The notes under the pieces are model-generated. The model did no database searches. It had not been told where the DNA came from and saw nothing but the letters and a program-made list of their open reading frames with translations. A DNA stretch of 64,000 bases, taken from positions 25,420,001 to 25,484,000 of the forward strand of contig CM059446.1 of NCBI GenBank assembly GCA_030390025.1. The letters are read 5' to 3'. This stretch comes from Squalus acanthias (lineage: Eukaryota). This document shows, one piece after another, positions 24,301-36,720 of this stretch. The stretch's first letter is position 1; each line of letters starts with the position of its first letter. The translations under genes were made by a program, and so were the position numbers.

Positions 24301-26075
24301 GTCACATTATTTGGGATCTGTTTTAACTGTTCAATATTGATTACGAACTCCCTTTTTTATGACTGACTTGTTTTAAACGAATAAAAAGCACCGCGCGTCC
24401 AATTCATTTCTTTCTCGTGAATTTAAACAATCTTTTTTACAAGACCTTCCCTTTCTGGTCACCTCCCTGAGTTTTTACTGAAAGCCGGTGTTGAAAGAGA
24501 AGCGAAATCTCCCGTGCTCGCGGTGTGATTGCTTCTTAGAAACGCACATGAAACGAGTACTTTAAATGGCGGTAGTACTGACTTTTGGTGGTTTTTTTTC
24601 TCTCCCTAAAACTATCCCGAAGAGTACGCTTACAAATCTCAGCTAACCACCCGTATGACTGGCAAGCACTCACAAGAGAACGGAGGTGCCGCATCGAGAT
24701 TGGATTCTCTCCCCGTGTCAGTAAACTTAAATCAGTAACTCTTTACTAAATTGGAATGCTTTACGCTGTGAGGAGACCCACAGTGAAAGGCTGAGGGCAA
24801 CTAGGGAAAGAATAAATGGTGGGAAATAGCGAATTGGGAAGCCGTACGATGAAGAGATAGGGAATGAGCCGGACTAAACCCTGCCAGTGTCCACACGCAA
24901 GTGTGTTGTGCAGGTTCTCTCCCTCTGTTGCAGTTCTTACTGTTGATTGACGCCTCTCTTCCAGTTTCTCCCTTGCTGACCAGCATCAGTAGGTGCCCCC
25001 AGTCTGAGAACCTGTGTGTTTGTTTTTTTGGAGCTCTCTGCCCTGCAGTGCCACGTTATAAGGGGCCAGGTGAAGCCGTGCAGAACTAAGTTAGCCTGGT
25101 GCAATGCAAGCGCGAGTTAATGAGCTAGAAACTCAAGCAGAGCGTCACTCTCTCAAAGTTGTGCTTCAAAGTCCGCAGTTATTTGGGAGTCGGTTGCGGT
25201 GTCATGGAGACGGGACCTGAGCGTCTCTCCTGCTGTGTGCTGGTCACTATATCGGGGCTGCGCTGTCCCTGCGACACCGTTTGAGTCAAATCTGCTGTAC
25301 AGAGGGACCTGCAACAGAAGCAGACAAATATTATACAGCTATACAGTAACTTTAACCCTGGCGCCTCGCCTCGCTCCACTTTATTATACTGCCCCTTCTG
25401 GTCAAAGACCCGAATAACGTCTAGCAATCTTTATCATCACTTTAGATATAATAATGTTTTGCATGATTTTACAGGAAGATATTAAATAATTCATATACTG
25501 GATCAAATAGATAAAAAATTTACATAGAGAGAACGTGTGATAAAAGTTGTCAAACAGTAAAAGTAGCGTGGGGAAAACATTAATATGTTGGATTTCAGTA
25601 AACGAGTCTTTTTATAAATTATTTTATAGATAATACAACTATTTAAAGAAACGATATGGCTGTATGTTTTAAAAATCTAATCTACGGAGTATTTAATGCT
25701 GGGCAAATAACGTGAAGATTCGATGTATCGCCGTTTCCGGTATATTTATAATGTTTCTATACCGGCCATCTCTCGGCAAGAAAGGTTGATTGTACTTTTC
25801 ATTTCTCATGCCTAAAACTCTGCGTAGTTGGATTGAATCTATCAGGTTGAAAATGTTTCTGAAATCAGGTTTACCGTGTGAGAATAATCCCTGATTAAAC
25901 TGCAGATCAGATGCAAATATTTCGTTAATAATTTGCCGATACCTGCGGGCTGCACCGTTCCTCCATCATCAGCGGGTCCACATCTAAAGCATTAAAGCAA
26001 AGGGGAAAAGTCATTTCCAGATTGTCATCTCATTAAAACTATACCTGATTTACACACAAAAGCACACACATATAC

Positions 26076-26160
26076 AGATAGATAGATAGATAGAGAGATA
26101 GCTAAATAGATGGCTAGATAGATAGACAGCTGGAGAGATAGATAGATGGATAGATAGATA
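26076..26160. repeat. (GATA)n microsatellite
   Basis: Directly visible. Confidence 0.9.
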
Positions 26161-26384
26161 TATTGTTATTTAGATCATACAGGATGCATAATCAAACATA
26201 TTAATTACACATTTTGCTTCTTTTACAATGCTTATTTCATAAATTTTCTACAAAATAAGTTTATCACCAGCTGCTGTCTCGTGCTAAGGTTTATTAAATC
26301 AAAATGAGATAGCAAGCTATATTCGTCCATCTATAGATATGCATACATACATGTTTTATCATACTTGTTTATTGTATGTGTGTG

Positions 26385-26419
<35 letters not shown>

Positions 26420-27893
26420 ACATTCCCTGTGTGATTATCCAATGCTATATTAGAAAAGCAGTCATTCAAATGTAATGTCCGCCTTTCCTTGGGAGGTCTG
26501 CTCGCTGCAGACCGCTATCCTGAACTCTCTGGTATCCGAAATATTTCACTCCGCCCGTTTCGTTCGGATGTATAAACGGGGAGGGGGGGGGGGGGTGGGG
26601 GGGATCTGTGAAAAATACTTATTTTAAAAGCCCATAATTTAGACTTAATCGGTGAAGTTAGGAAGACAGTTTTAACAACTTTCAACAAAGTTAATATTTA
26701 TAATAATAATAACGATTTTTATTTTCTCATCTTGTTACTGTTTTTTGTACACTTATAATTTTTATACATCATAGGCCTGGTCGTCAAACAGTAAATACGC
26801 CAACCAGTGGGGCCCACGGGCAATTATTCTAACCAGAGACAGAAATAAACGAATGTTCTTAAACAGGGAAAGAGAAGGAACACAAGTCACTCCTTGCTGC
26901 TTGCTAAAACAAAAAGAAACTTATATTAATAGGAATAGTTTTCATCAGTGTTCCATGACACTTCCTAGACCTGCAATTTACTTTCTATTATGTGGTATAG
27001 ATTTATGAATAAAATCAAATTTCTCACAAGTGCATCAATAGTTTAGATGGAACAATTTGTTGACCAGGCCTGCGGTGTGACCCCGGTTAGTTTGCTCCGC
27101 ATGTTCCTCACTGCCCCGCACTTTCGGTTCAAGAGGCACGGTGAACCCGCTCTCCGCTCTCTCAGCTGCAGGCGATGATTTCGTTCCCAGCTTCCACAGC
27201 CTTTCTGTTAGAGAGAACATATATCCATAATATGCACACGGCAAGTAACTCTACCAGCTGAGCATAAACGAGCTGTGCTAAAATGAGTAAATTGAATATA
27301 AACTGCGCCTGAACTTGCACTGTCATTTTAGATTGAACGGATCAAGCACCAGACACTTTCCGTCTATCTTTACTTGGGGAATGGACATTCGCTGTTAAAA
27401 AATAATGACTGACCTTTCCGAAACCGTTTAGAATTATTTCTAGTTTAAATTTCCCTTTTTGCATTTCTCGCCTGTCTTTCCCAACCCGCTCTAATCTTAT
27501 TTCTTCGGGGGTTTTTTGCATCTTTTTAACCGCGGTTCATTTATCGTTTTTGACACTCTGTCGGGTATTTGACTTGTGTCGATAACTTTGTCCAGAAAGG
27601 GAGGGTCGATTCTGGACTTTAACCCTTCGCCAGCTGAAATTCGTTTTCACTTTACACGGGGAGGCGCGAATCCGTTTAGCAAGAGCACTGAATAATAGCG
27701 ATTCCATTTATATATCGGCGAATATTGTCCGGAAGGACAGGGATTAATGGTTAGAGTGGCGGTAACAGAAGTGACGGTGCCTCGGCTGGATGAGCAACTG
27801 CAACCAACCCGCTTAAAAATGCAAGAAAGTTAAGTTAATAAAGGACGGAAAGTCTGGCTATTCCACCTGCATACCCATGCTGTGGAGCAGCTC

Positions 27894-28387
27894 ACCCAAC
27901 CCTAGGTCCAACCCTAACTACAACTCTAACTCCTACTCGAACCCTCACACCAACACTAACTCCAACACAAACCCTAACCTTAACCCTAGCCGAGCCTAAC
28001 TCCAACCGAACCTTAACACCAGCCCAACCCTAGGTCCAACCCTATCTCCAACTCTAACTCCTACTCGAACACTCACTCCAACAATAAGTCCAACACCAAC
28101 CCGGGCTTCAACCGAACTTTACCACCAGCCCAAACCAAAACCAAACCGAACTCCAACCAACACTCCAACCCTAACACCAATCCCAAACCCAGCTCCAACC
28201 CGGGCTCCAACCTTAACACCAACTCCAACTGCAAGCCTAACTCCAACCCTAACTCCAACCCAGCCCTAACTCCAACCTTAACTCCAATCCCAAATTACTC
28301 TAACTCCAATACCAACCCTAACACCAAGCCTAACCCCAACTCCAGCACTAACTCTAACCCCAATCTTAACTCTAACACTAGCCCTAG
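27894..28387. repeat. Telomere-like degenerate hexamer array (CCCTAA/CTCCAA/CACCAA)
   Basis: 6-bp periodicity with several exact CCCTAA units. Confidence 0.85.
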
Positions 28388-28739
28388 ATCTCGCAATACT
28401 TAATGTTCCCAGAATGAATTTTAAGAACAGAACACTGAATGGCGGGGTTCGGTTATTCAAACTTCTGCAACTGACATAAAGCAATCACTTCATTTTATTT
28501 CATGCCGCCCCCCCCCCCCCCCCCCCGGAAATCAATCCTTTTCTATTTGTATCATTATTGGAATAAACATGTTTTTAATGGTTTCCGTTTATGAATGCAT
28601 TTGGTATTGGTTTAATCATTCGGGATTTGAAATGTCGGCTCTGGGAAACGGTGCAGCGTGCTCCGGGTGGGGGCCTGTGGGTGGCTGGCTTTGTATTACG
28701 GTATTTTAAAGGTGTGCGGCGGTAAGATGTTGTAAACCG

Positions 28740-29470
28740 CCCTCCCCTTTAAATGCAGGGTGACTGCAGGCGGCAGCCAATCAGCGTCTCTCTCTCATCA
28801 AAGTAACTGCGGCTATGTCGACTTCCACTCTGTTAGCAGACTGAAGTTTGTGTATTTCTGCCCCCCACCCCCCCACCCCACCCACCCCCGCCCGCCCACC
28901 GTCCTTAACTTTCAGGAAGTTGTTAAACAGGCTGACCACCAGCAGACTTCGAAAGTGCAAATCTCAGAATCTCATTGTGATAGGGAGAGCGGAATAATCA
29001 GTGTCTAATCACCTCTTACCTTCCTTTTGTTACCTGAGTCAGAGGCCGTATGGAAATAGGATAGTTTTTTCAGATCCATCTCCCTAATCGCTCTTACCTT
29101 ACAGTTAAGGAGCGGAGGGTTCAATTTCTTCCACTAATATTCCACAAGTGAATCGCTCCACTTTATTCGCTGTTTCTAATTTCCCCTTTTATCTGTTCAC
29201 AGCTCAGTCGAGCTTTGGTACGTTTACCTAAACCGTTTAGTTTCAGTTAGCTGTAGGTAGGGCGAAAGAATTTTTTTTTTAAAAACCCAGAAAAGACACA
29301 CAGGGTGGGAGGGGGGTGATATCACCACCATACTAATAGGGAAAAGGGGAACAAAACAACAGCAGCAGCGGGGGAAAGAGGCACACGACAAGCCGGCGAG
29401 AAAGTTCAGGAGCCCGGCAAGATTTACTGGGGTGCGTCGGGAAACAGACCATTAAGCAAAGCTCTGTATG
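28740..29470. promoter_or_regulatory. Candidate distal (possibly bidirectional) Pax2 promoter
   Basis: CCAAT box (GCCAATCAG, ~28776), TCF-type ATCAAAG (~28797), GC boxes (CCCGCCCGCCC, ~28887) and CpG retention. Splice donors point outward on both strands. Confidence 0.4.
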
Positions 29471-29492
29471 GCTCAGAGAACAAGGCGATCAG
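29468..29492 (+). CDS. PAX2: Candidate alternative first coding exon of Pax2 (MAQRTRRS+G, 25 nt, phase 1)
   Basis: ATG GCT CAG AGA ACA AGG CGA TCA G|GTAGGC. Phase 1 matches exon 2. No transcript evidence. Confidence 0.4.
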
Positions 29493-29727
29493 GTAGGCTC
29501 GCCCATCATGTCAAACTGTTTATTTGAACTGGGCCAAAGAGGTGTGATTGCTTCTGTGTTCTCTCTCTCTCTCTCTCTCTTTCTCTTTTCTTTCAGTCTG
29601 TGATAAGCTGGAGGGTTGAATTTTTTTTGGTGTGTGTATTGTTGCAAGGAGTTGAGAGTTGGAGTTGCAGTTACGGGGTAGCCGGGGACCGGTGCTATCG
29701 GCAGGTTGCCTCCGGCAGAATTTTAAC

Positions 29728-29944
29728 ATGACAACAGACGGAGCCGAGCGGCCAGGTCCCAGTCCCACTCCCTGCCCAGTTCCCTCACACCTCACCCCAA
29801 GTGCCGGGCGCTCAGCTGATGTTACCTGGCGCGGCTCCGTGTCTAATTATAAAATTGTACCTGTTTTCGTCACTTCAAAGGATAGATACTTAACAGCTCT
29901 GTTTCTGGTCCTTTGCAGAGTGTGTGAGATTGTCCCTATTAAGG
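29728..29944 (+). CDS. PAX2: Second candidate alternative first exon (MTTDGAERPG...VCEIVPIK+G, phase 1), or a micro-exon 29919-29944
   Basis: AACATG start with A at -3, open frame to the consensus donor AGG|GTGAGT, and an acceptor TTTCTGGTCCTTTGCAG at 29918. Confidence 0.3.
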
Positions 29945-31221
29945 GTGAGTGGCGGTACAGTATAACGGATGTATTTTCCTTGTACTGACACTGATTTTTA
30001 TCACGGTTCTATTTCACGTTTTAATAAAGTTCTGCCTGTACTGGTCAGTTAGTTTAGATTTTGCATATTATTCTCATTGTCATTTGCCGTTTCTCGTGCC
30101 TCGGGTGTTTTAGCCTTCACATACCCAACTTGTGATGTCTTTTCTTAAATCATCACTTTTAAGTACATCACTTTAATTATTTCCGTCTGCCATTCGTGGA
30201 TATCAGCTTTTTTACACTCAAATATATTATGAATGCGTTGATTTTAAAATTTCTCTGGAGTTCTGTGATCATTTCATTTTATAAATGGACTTTTGTGACA
30301 TTGTTTTGGCTTTTAACCGGCCGCAACACTCCCCTCCTTCTATTCGACTTATTTACTGAGAAAGAAAACCCATCGCACTGTTCGGATTCCTCCCCTCACA
30401 TGTCCCTGTGAACTTTAGTTAAAAAGGTGGTCAGGAATATAACTGATAGCCCAGGAGTCGCTGCCGGGCCCCTGACAAACAAACCCCAGACTCTGGGGTT
30501 TTAAAAGAATTGGGAGGAAAAAAGAAGATAGTGAAGTATTTTCGCGGTAGGGATTTGACAAACGCCAAGGCACTGGACGGTCGATGGCAGGTCCTCCTTA
30601 AAGTCAAATTAGGAGACCAATACAGAACGGCTGTAATGATCTAATTAATTATGACAAAATTAAAAAAATCAAGTAAAAAATCAATCTCCGATCGTGTCGA
30701 GTGTACAATTAAATTGATTGTCCATCTGGCTTCGTTCTACATCCGTTATGAATATGCAATCTGCACTGTCGCCAAGTCTGGAGCCCTGAGGATTAGTATT
30801 AAAAGCATCACCTTTATTTATTTGTCATTGGGTAATTGTGATTTAGTTTGCGCGATTCGATTGATTTTTTTAAAAAAACAAAAAGAAAAGGTCCAGGAAC
30901 GAAAGAACAAAATTTAAAAAAAAAACATCTCCTTCCAGCGAGCGAGCGCCAGTTGTGAATGTAGAAGTTTTGTGAATGAGTGCGACGGTGGAGCTTTCGG
31001 CCAGACTCTGCCTCGATCGATACTGCAAGCGTTTATTTTGCCTTTTGGTTGCTGCGGCTATCCTCCCGGAGAGAGAGAGAGAGAGAGAGGCCACTCGGGG
31101 TGGGGGATCCCTGCAAATCCGAAACTTCACTTTACACCAACTGCCCCTGGTGGGTCCCGCACATCAGGAAAGGGAGCTAAAACTGTGAAAACACCGGGCG
31201 CACCGTTTATTCAAACAAACC

Positions 31222-31255
<34 letters not shown>

Positions 31256-33539
31256 ATGTGTTCATTAACACAGGTGCCGCTTACTGCATTAAACCCCAAC
31301 ATTATTTAAATATACACACATATATTACAGATATTTTAAGAGATACAGAATAGTGCAAACCGTGTACACAATCTGAGTTTTAAACACCCATAATTATTTA
31401 TATTTAATAAAATACATTGCAATTCCATCCCCGCTTTCCAATAGATCTTACTTTTAATTTCCATTTAATAATGGGGCAATAAATTCAATTTCATTAGTCC
31501 TCCCGAGTTGTGTGGGCCAATATCTCTAAAACGCCAAACTTTTGCTCAATTCATATCTTTTCTTCGAGTAACAAAGTCCCAATTTTAAATCTATTTTCAA
31601 AAAAATGTTGCGTTTCAGTGAAGCAAGCCCGGACGAGTTGGTGTTACGTGACGCTAATTAATTTTAAATAAATACGCAGTCACAGCTGTGATGCAATTAT
31701 TTTCAATGGTGAGCAATCTGGGAATCTTTATTTCTCTGCTCTGTGGCGTTAAACAGCAGAGCAGAGAAATAATATCTTCAAATATGCACAGCGCTCTATC
31801 ACAGCGCTCTGGATATTGTTAGCAATATAGGACTTAAATGCAGGGGCCACATCAGCTCTCGGTTCCTGTCGCCCAGGCGGGCAAGCGTTGCCTGGATCTT
31901 CTTTATTCTAAGGACTGTGATGCGACTCGATAGCAACAATTATTTTTGATTAAACACTAACGAAATCATTCTCAAGCACCGCTTTCCTTTCGACTCCTGG
32001 CCTCACTCAGAAACACAAATTAAATAAATAATTTCCAGCCTGCTCTGTCCTTTTGGCTCCACACGAGGTTCTAATATGATATATTAATTGACACGGTGAT
32101 TGATCTATTGATAGGAGTGATTGATTGACACCCTGCAAATAGAAATAGCTCTTGTCCTTTCAGTTTTGGGTGTTTTTCTCTGGGAACTTTTTAGTCGGAA
32201 ATAAAACTGTACATACTATACATTTTTTTTCTCTATTTATCCAAACATTACTAAACTTCATATGCCATCTCAAATGCCAATACCGTACTCAATGAGCAAA
32301 ACGAGATGCTGTCAAATAAATTCCGCTTATTATGAAATTTCACTATAAATTATCAATTGATATTCTTTAATGAATCTTCTTTCGCTTTCCCCGATTGTTA
32401 AGCACTCGTGTTAAACAAACACGATCTGACAGAAACCGTTCACTTTATCCCGTTTAATGGTACACCGTCGCGCCAATATATCGAATTACATACAATGAAA
32501 TGTTCATTTTTTTTAAACTGCAGCAAGATGGTTAAGAGAGGTTATTGTGGTAAAACTCACACCCACTGGCACCAAGGTCCTACAGAAGCATGAAGGCATC
32601 GATCGCTAAAGCTGCCTCCGACACTGGGAGCTGAGCTGAGCTGAGCTGAGGTAGAGCTGCAGTCTGAGTTTGGATTCACTAACCGTGCACCTGGCTGAGA
32701 GGGGAAGGTGGAAATGCCCAGCGCCCGCCCGTTCGCCACAGGCTGGGCGGGGAGCTATTCCAGCCCGCTCTCCGAATGGGGGCTCCTGGCCCCAGCCAGC
32801 CACCAGGAACCGCTAGCAGCTGATGCTAAAAGACAAATGGATTTCTGTCACTCGCTCAAACGGCTTTTAATTAGGCATCAACTCTCTTTTTTGGGGGTTT
32901 AATCTCTATAATCACCAATTCCCAAATTACATTTTTCCACCAATTATCTGCTAACCAAAACAGTACTCCCGGAGTTAGCGGAAAGAAATCTTTTCAAAGC
33001 CAAACACACTATAAATCCAGAAATGGATTCTATTTCTCCCAAATGAATGACTTATCCCCTCCATATCTGTTAAAGAGCAGTTAGGACAATGTAATTCAAA
33101 TCAGTGGCACATTGTTGAAAGCCTTTATACGTGTGATGCAGGTGTTAAAGAGAATTCAGCCAGGCCCAGAAAGGATCGTTTACATTCTTTCTTAATCGCA
33201 CCTTCTTCATTTAACCCCCTCCCACCCCCCACTCACACCTTTTCTGAGTTTTATATTTAGATCCCATGCGGCAGGTTGGCGATCTATCGGTAATTCACCC
33301 TGTTTGTTGACTTTCAGCTTTTATTCACAATTACTTTCTCTTTAACCGCCTCTCTCCCATTTTCTAACCTGATTTGTTTTCTTATTTGCCCCCTTCCCTT
33401 AACACCGATCCAGGAAAACTGTCTGCTGCAAATCAGAAAATTCAAAAGCTAAAAGTGCGCATCTAAGTTCAGAGGGTCATGCTGGAGCAACTTTCCCCAT
33501 TCCACACATGGCCAATGTATCTGAGTGTGGGGGAGAGCA

Positions 33540-34000
33540 AGACTCTGGGACGCGCGTGTATGTGTGCTGGGTATGTGTGTAATGCCCGTTTCTTTATCTG
33601 AGGGGATGGCCATGTGTGTCTGGATGTGTGTGTACTTGCCATGTGTGAGAGAGAGAGTAAATGTGTTTGGTGTCACCTTCCTTGGTCGAACTATAAATCT
33701 ACGTGCCTGTATGTGTACACACGTTTGCGAACATGCGTGTTTATATATGCATATATCCATCTGTATGGCTATATTTGCGTGTGTGTGTGTGTTTGGTGTC
33801 CGTTTATTCCTTAATTTGAACGTCGCTAGGGTGTGTGCCTATATGTGTGCACATGCGCTTGCTAATATTTGCTCGTCTATATATGTGTGTATATGATTGT
33901 CTCGGTGTGTATATGTGTCTATATGTGTGTGTGTGTGTGTGAATATTATTTTTGTATTTATATTTGTGTGTGTCTGTCTATATTTATTCGTGTGTGCCTG
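33540..34000. repeat. Degenerate TG-rich simple repeat
   Basis: Directly visible. Confidence 0.8.
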
Positions 34001-35125
34001 TCTCGCCTCAGCCCCCACAGTCTTGTTACAGGTGCCTTCAGCACCGAGGCCTTACAAAAAGCCACGACTGGCTCGGTTAACATGACTTGCTAACCTTAAA
34101 CCAGGGTGCAGAATGGTGATGGGCACGGACAAACCCGTATCAACCATCCATTTACACACTGCGGTTTCGTTTTAGCAAATAAATGTAGCTAATACTTTAG
34201 AATAAAATATGCATTACCAGGTCTTTTGGTTATATGTCATAAACATATATTTTATGTCTGGGTAAGAAAATACATTATGGGCATGTCAGCATAGGCTAAA
34301 TGTAGTTAATCCATCAGACTCACCATGTCTGTATTTTTGTGCGTTTTTCTCTGATCTTACATATCACCAAACTTCATTTAATTGTTTTTTTTTTATTTTA
34401 TGAAATAGATTATTTAAATTTGGGGGGGGGGGCACGGGGGTTTATAAAGGAATAAACCCCCCCACAAAGTTATTATAAAGTGTATCTAATACTGAATGTT
34501 GTAGTTACACTCGCATACCCGTTTCACTAACACGGTCCCTACAAAACACCTGGATTTGAATTTGGAATGCAATTTATTTTTTCCCGGGCCGGCCGTATAA
34601 AAAAAATCTTAAGATTTTCTGATGCAGTTTCCGAAAAGAAGTGTTAATTGTGAGGTGGCGAGAAAGTAGCTCTACACGTGTGCTATTAACATTCAAAGCA
34701 GGCAGATGCAAAAGAAGGGAAAATAGGCTATTACCGATGTAGCGTGACCAGATTGGATATAACATTTATTTTATCCCTGCTTCCTCTTTCTTGAACTGTG
34801 CATTGTAGCCAAGCACTGTAAGGTAAGAGAGCAATAATCTTGGGGAGGGGTCCGAGACAAGGGAGGAGGGGGAAAAAAAGAGGGAAAAAAAACATAAGTT
34901 GCTTTAGGCAAAATGTTCTCCGGACTGTGAAATTGCAGCCGATGCCGTTACATTTCACCAGAACGCTTCAACTTCTCCAAAACACGCACATCCAGCAAGC
35001 CCAAACCTAGCCAAGGGCGCACAGAGCACAAACCGGCACCATGTGCCCATTCGTGTCCCGCCAGCACATCCTAATACACTTAGAAATCCGCTTGAGAACA
35101 AGGGCTATTTGTTGGGGATTGATTA

Positions 35126-35308
35126 NNNNNNNNNNNNNNNNNNNNNNNNNNNNNNNNNNNNNNNNNNNNNNNNNNNNNNNNNNNNNNNNNNNNNNNNNNN
35201 NNNNNNNNNNNNNNNNNNNNNNNNNNNNNNNNNNNNNNNNNNNNNNNNNNNNNNNNNNNNNNNNNNNNNNNNNNNNNNNNNNNNNNNNNNNNNNNNNNNN
35301 NNNNNNNN
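35126..35308. other. Assembly gap (further gaps at 39234-39394, 39571-39740, 40014-40299 and 43455-43616)
   Basis: Runs of N, all adjoining TG/CA/TA simple repeats. Confidence 0.99.
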
Positions 35309-36249
35309 ACATGTATGTGTTTTTATGTGCTTATATATATATGTGTGTGCCTGTGTGTGTATTTCTGTATGTGTGTATATATATATATATACATGTCTGT
35401 AATATATATATACACACACATATAAATATGATGAAGCTGATTAAATGTCATTTTCTTCTCGTCGTCCTTCTCTACAAGCAAAAATCACACCTAACCACCG
35501 GTAATGTGCAACTTACACACCGCTCTGACATTGCCTCCCCCACTCCCCTCCCCCCCTCCTCCCCTCACACACACACACACACAGCGCCTCACACTAAAGC
35601 ACACACTATTATCTATTAACAATGCGCAGTTTGCACACACGAACCCTCCAAGTCACAACATTCCACGGGGGTTACCTATAAAATGCATTAAAGAGGGCTC
35701 CAGAAAAGAAAGGCAGGACATCGTGGCAAGTAGAAAATAATTCATCAAAAATAAAAGATTTGTAATTTTCGAGTGAAATACTTTTTTTCAGCGAGAACTG
35801 AAACAGCACTGTTTGAGAAAACACACATATATATTGCAAATTAAATTATACACAAATATTTTCCCATTCATTATCCCAATGTTCCGTCAAATTCTACATT
35901 TAACTTTTAAACGGTCGCCACTTGCTCTGTGACTGAACAGATCCGTTAATTTCAGATCAAAGGCAAAGATAGAGCCGCGGGTAATCCTGTGTGTAAACAC
36001 CAAGAGGCGTCAAATCGAACCAGTATATTTACACGCAACACGATTATAGAGTTAAACAGTGAGCGGACAAGAGGAGTCTGGATAAAACAGATGATCAAGG
36101 GATTTGCCTCTCAGAGATAGTATATAAAATGGATTGCGGATTGACTGCGGCCATCCAGGGGCTGATCTAGAGATTCCACACAGACCCCTCTCTCTCTCTC
36201 TCTGAAAACACACTCCCCTCCCTCCCCACCCCCCCAAAACAAAGTTTAT

Positions 36250-36720
36250 TTGTCTTTAATTTCCGTTGGGCGAGACGGCGCGGCTCTTTGTAGTGCAAAT
36301 GAAGCGAGGGGGGCTTCCTGTGAAATAGGTTAATGAAAGACTGGAGAGCGGGGTTACCCAACCATTACTCCCCCCAAACCCTCCGACTCTCTCCCACCTC
36401 TTCTCAGGCTGGCATCCAAAGGACATGGCACAATTGCACCTCAAATAATAGATTTTATTTCCCTTCCCCATTTGATCGGCGAATCTCTTATTAGTTGGAG
36501 AGGGACTTGCGCCGAAACGCTGGCCCAAAGACCCAAGTGTGGGCGTCAGTCTGCACTGTGATTTGTAATTAATACTGAAAATTATAGATTTTGAAATCAC
36601 TTCATTCCTGCCTCGGATTATGAGTGTACAGTCAATAACACATGGATTTAATACCTGGCATAATCCAGGCTGTGCTGGCTAATCTAGTGTTGTGTGAGAA
36701 CAGTCACAATAGCGCATCGC
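36250..36720. promoter_or_regulatory. Candidate conserved upstream enhancer of Pax2
   Basis: Unique sequence dense in homeodomain sites (GGATTA ~36615, TAATCC 36661, TAATTAAT), about 4 kb upstream of the proximal promoter. Confidence 0.45.

Noticed and set aside
28073-28484. Leu/Gly/Val-rich ORFs
   Set aside because: Translations of the hexamer array.
32540-32800. GC-rich stretch with GAGCT repeats, faintly like the old SINE family
   Set aside because: Similarity too weak to call by eye; needs an HMM search.
34436-34461. 10-bp hairpin GGGGGTTTAT/ATAAACCCCC (also an 8-bp one near 25740)
   Set aside because: Low complexity and short; compatible with chance.
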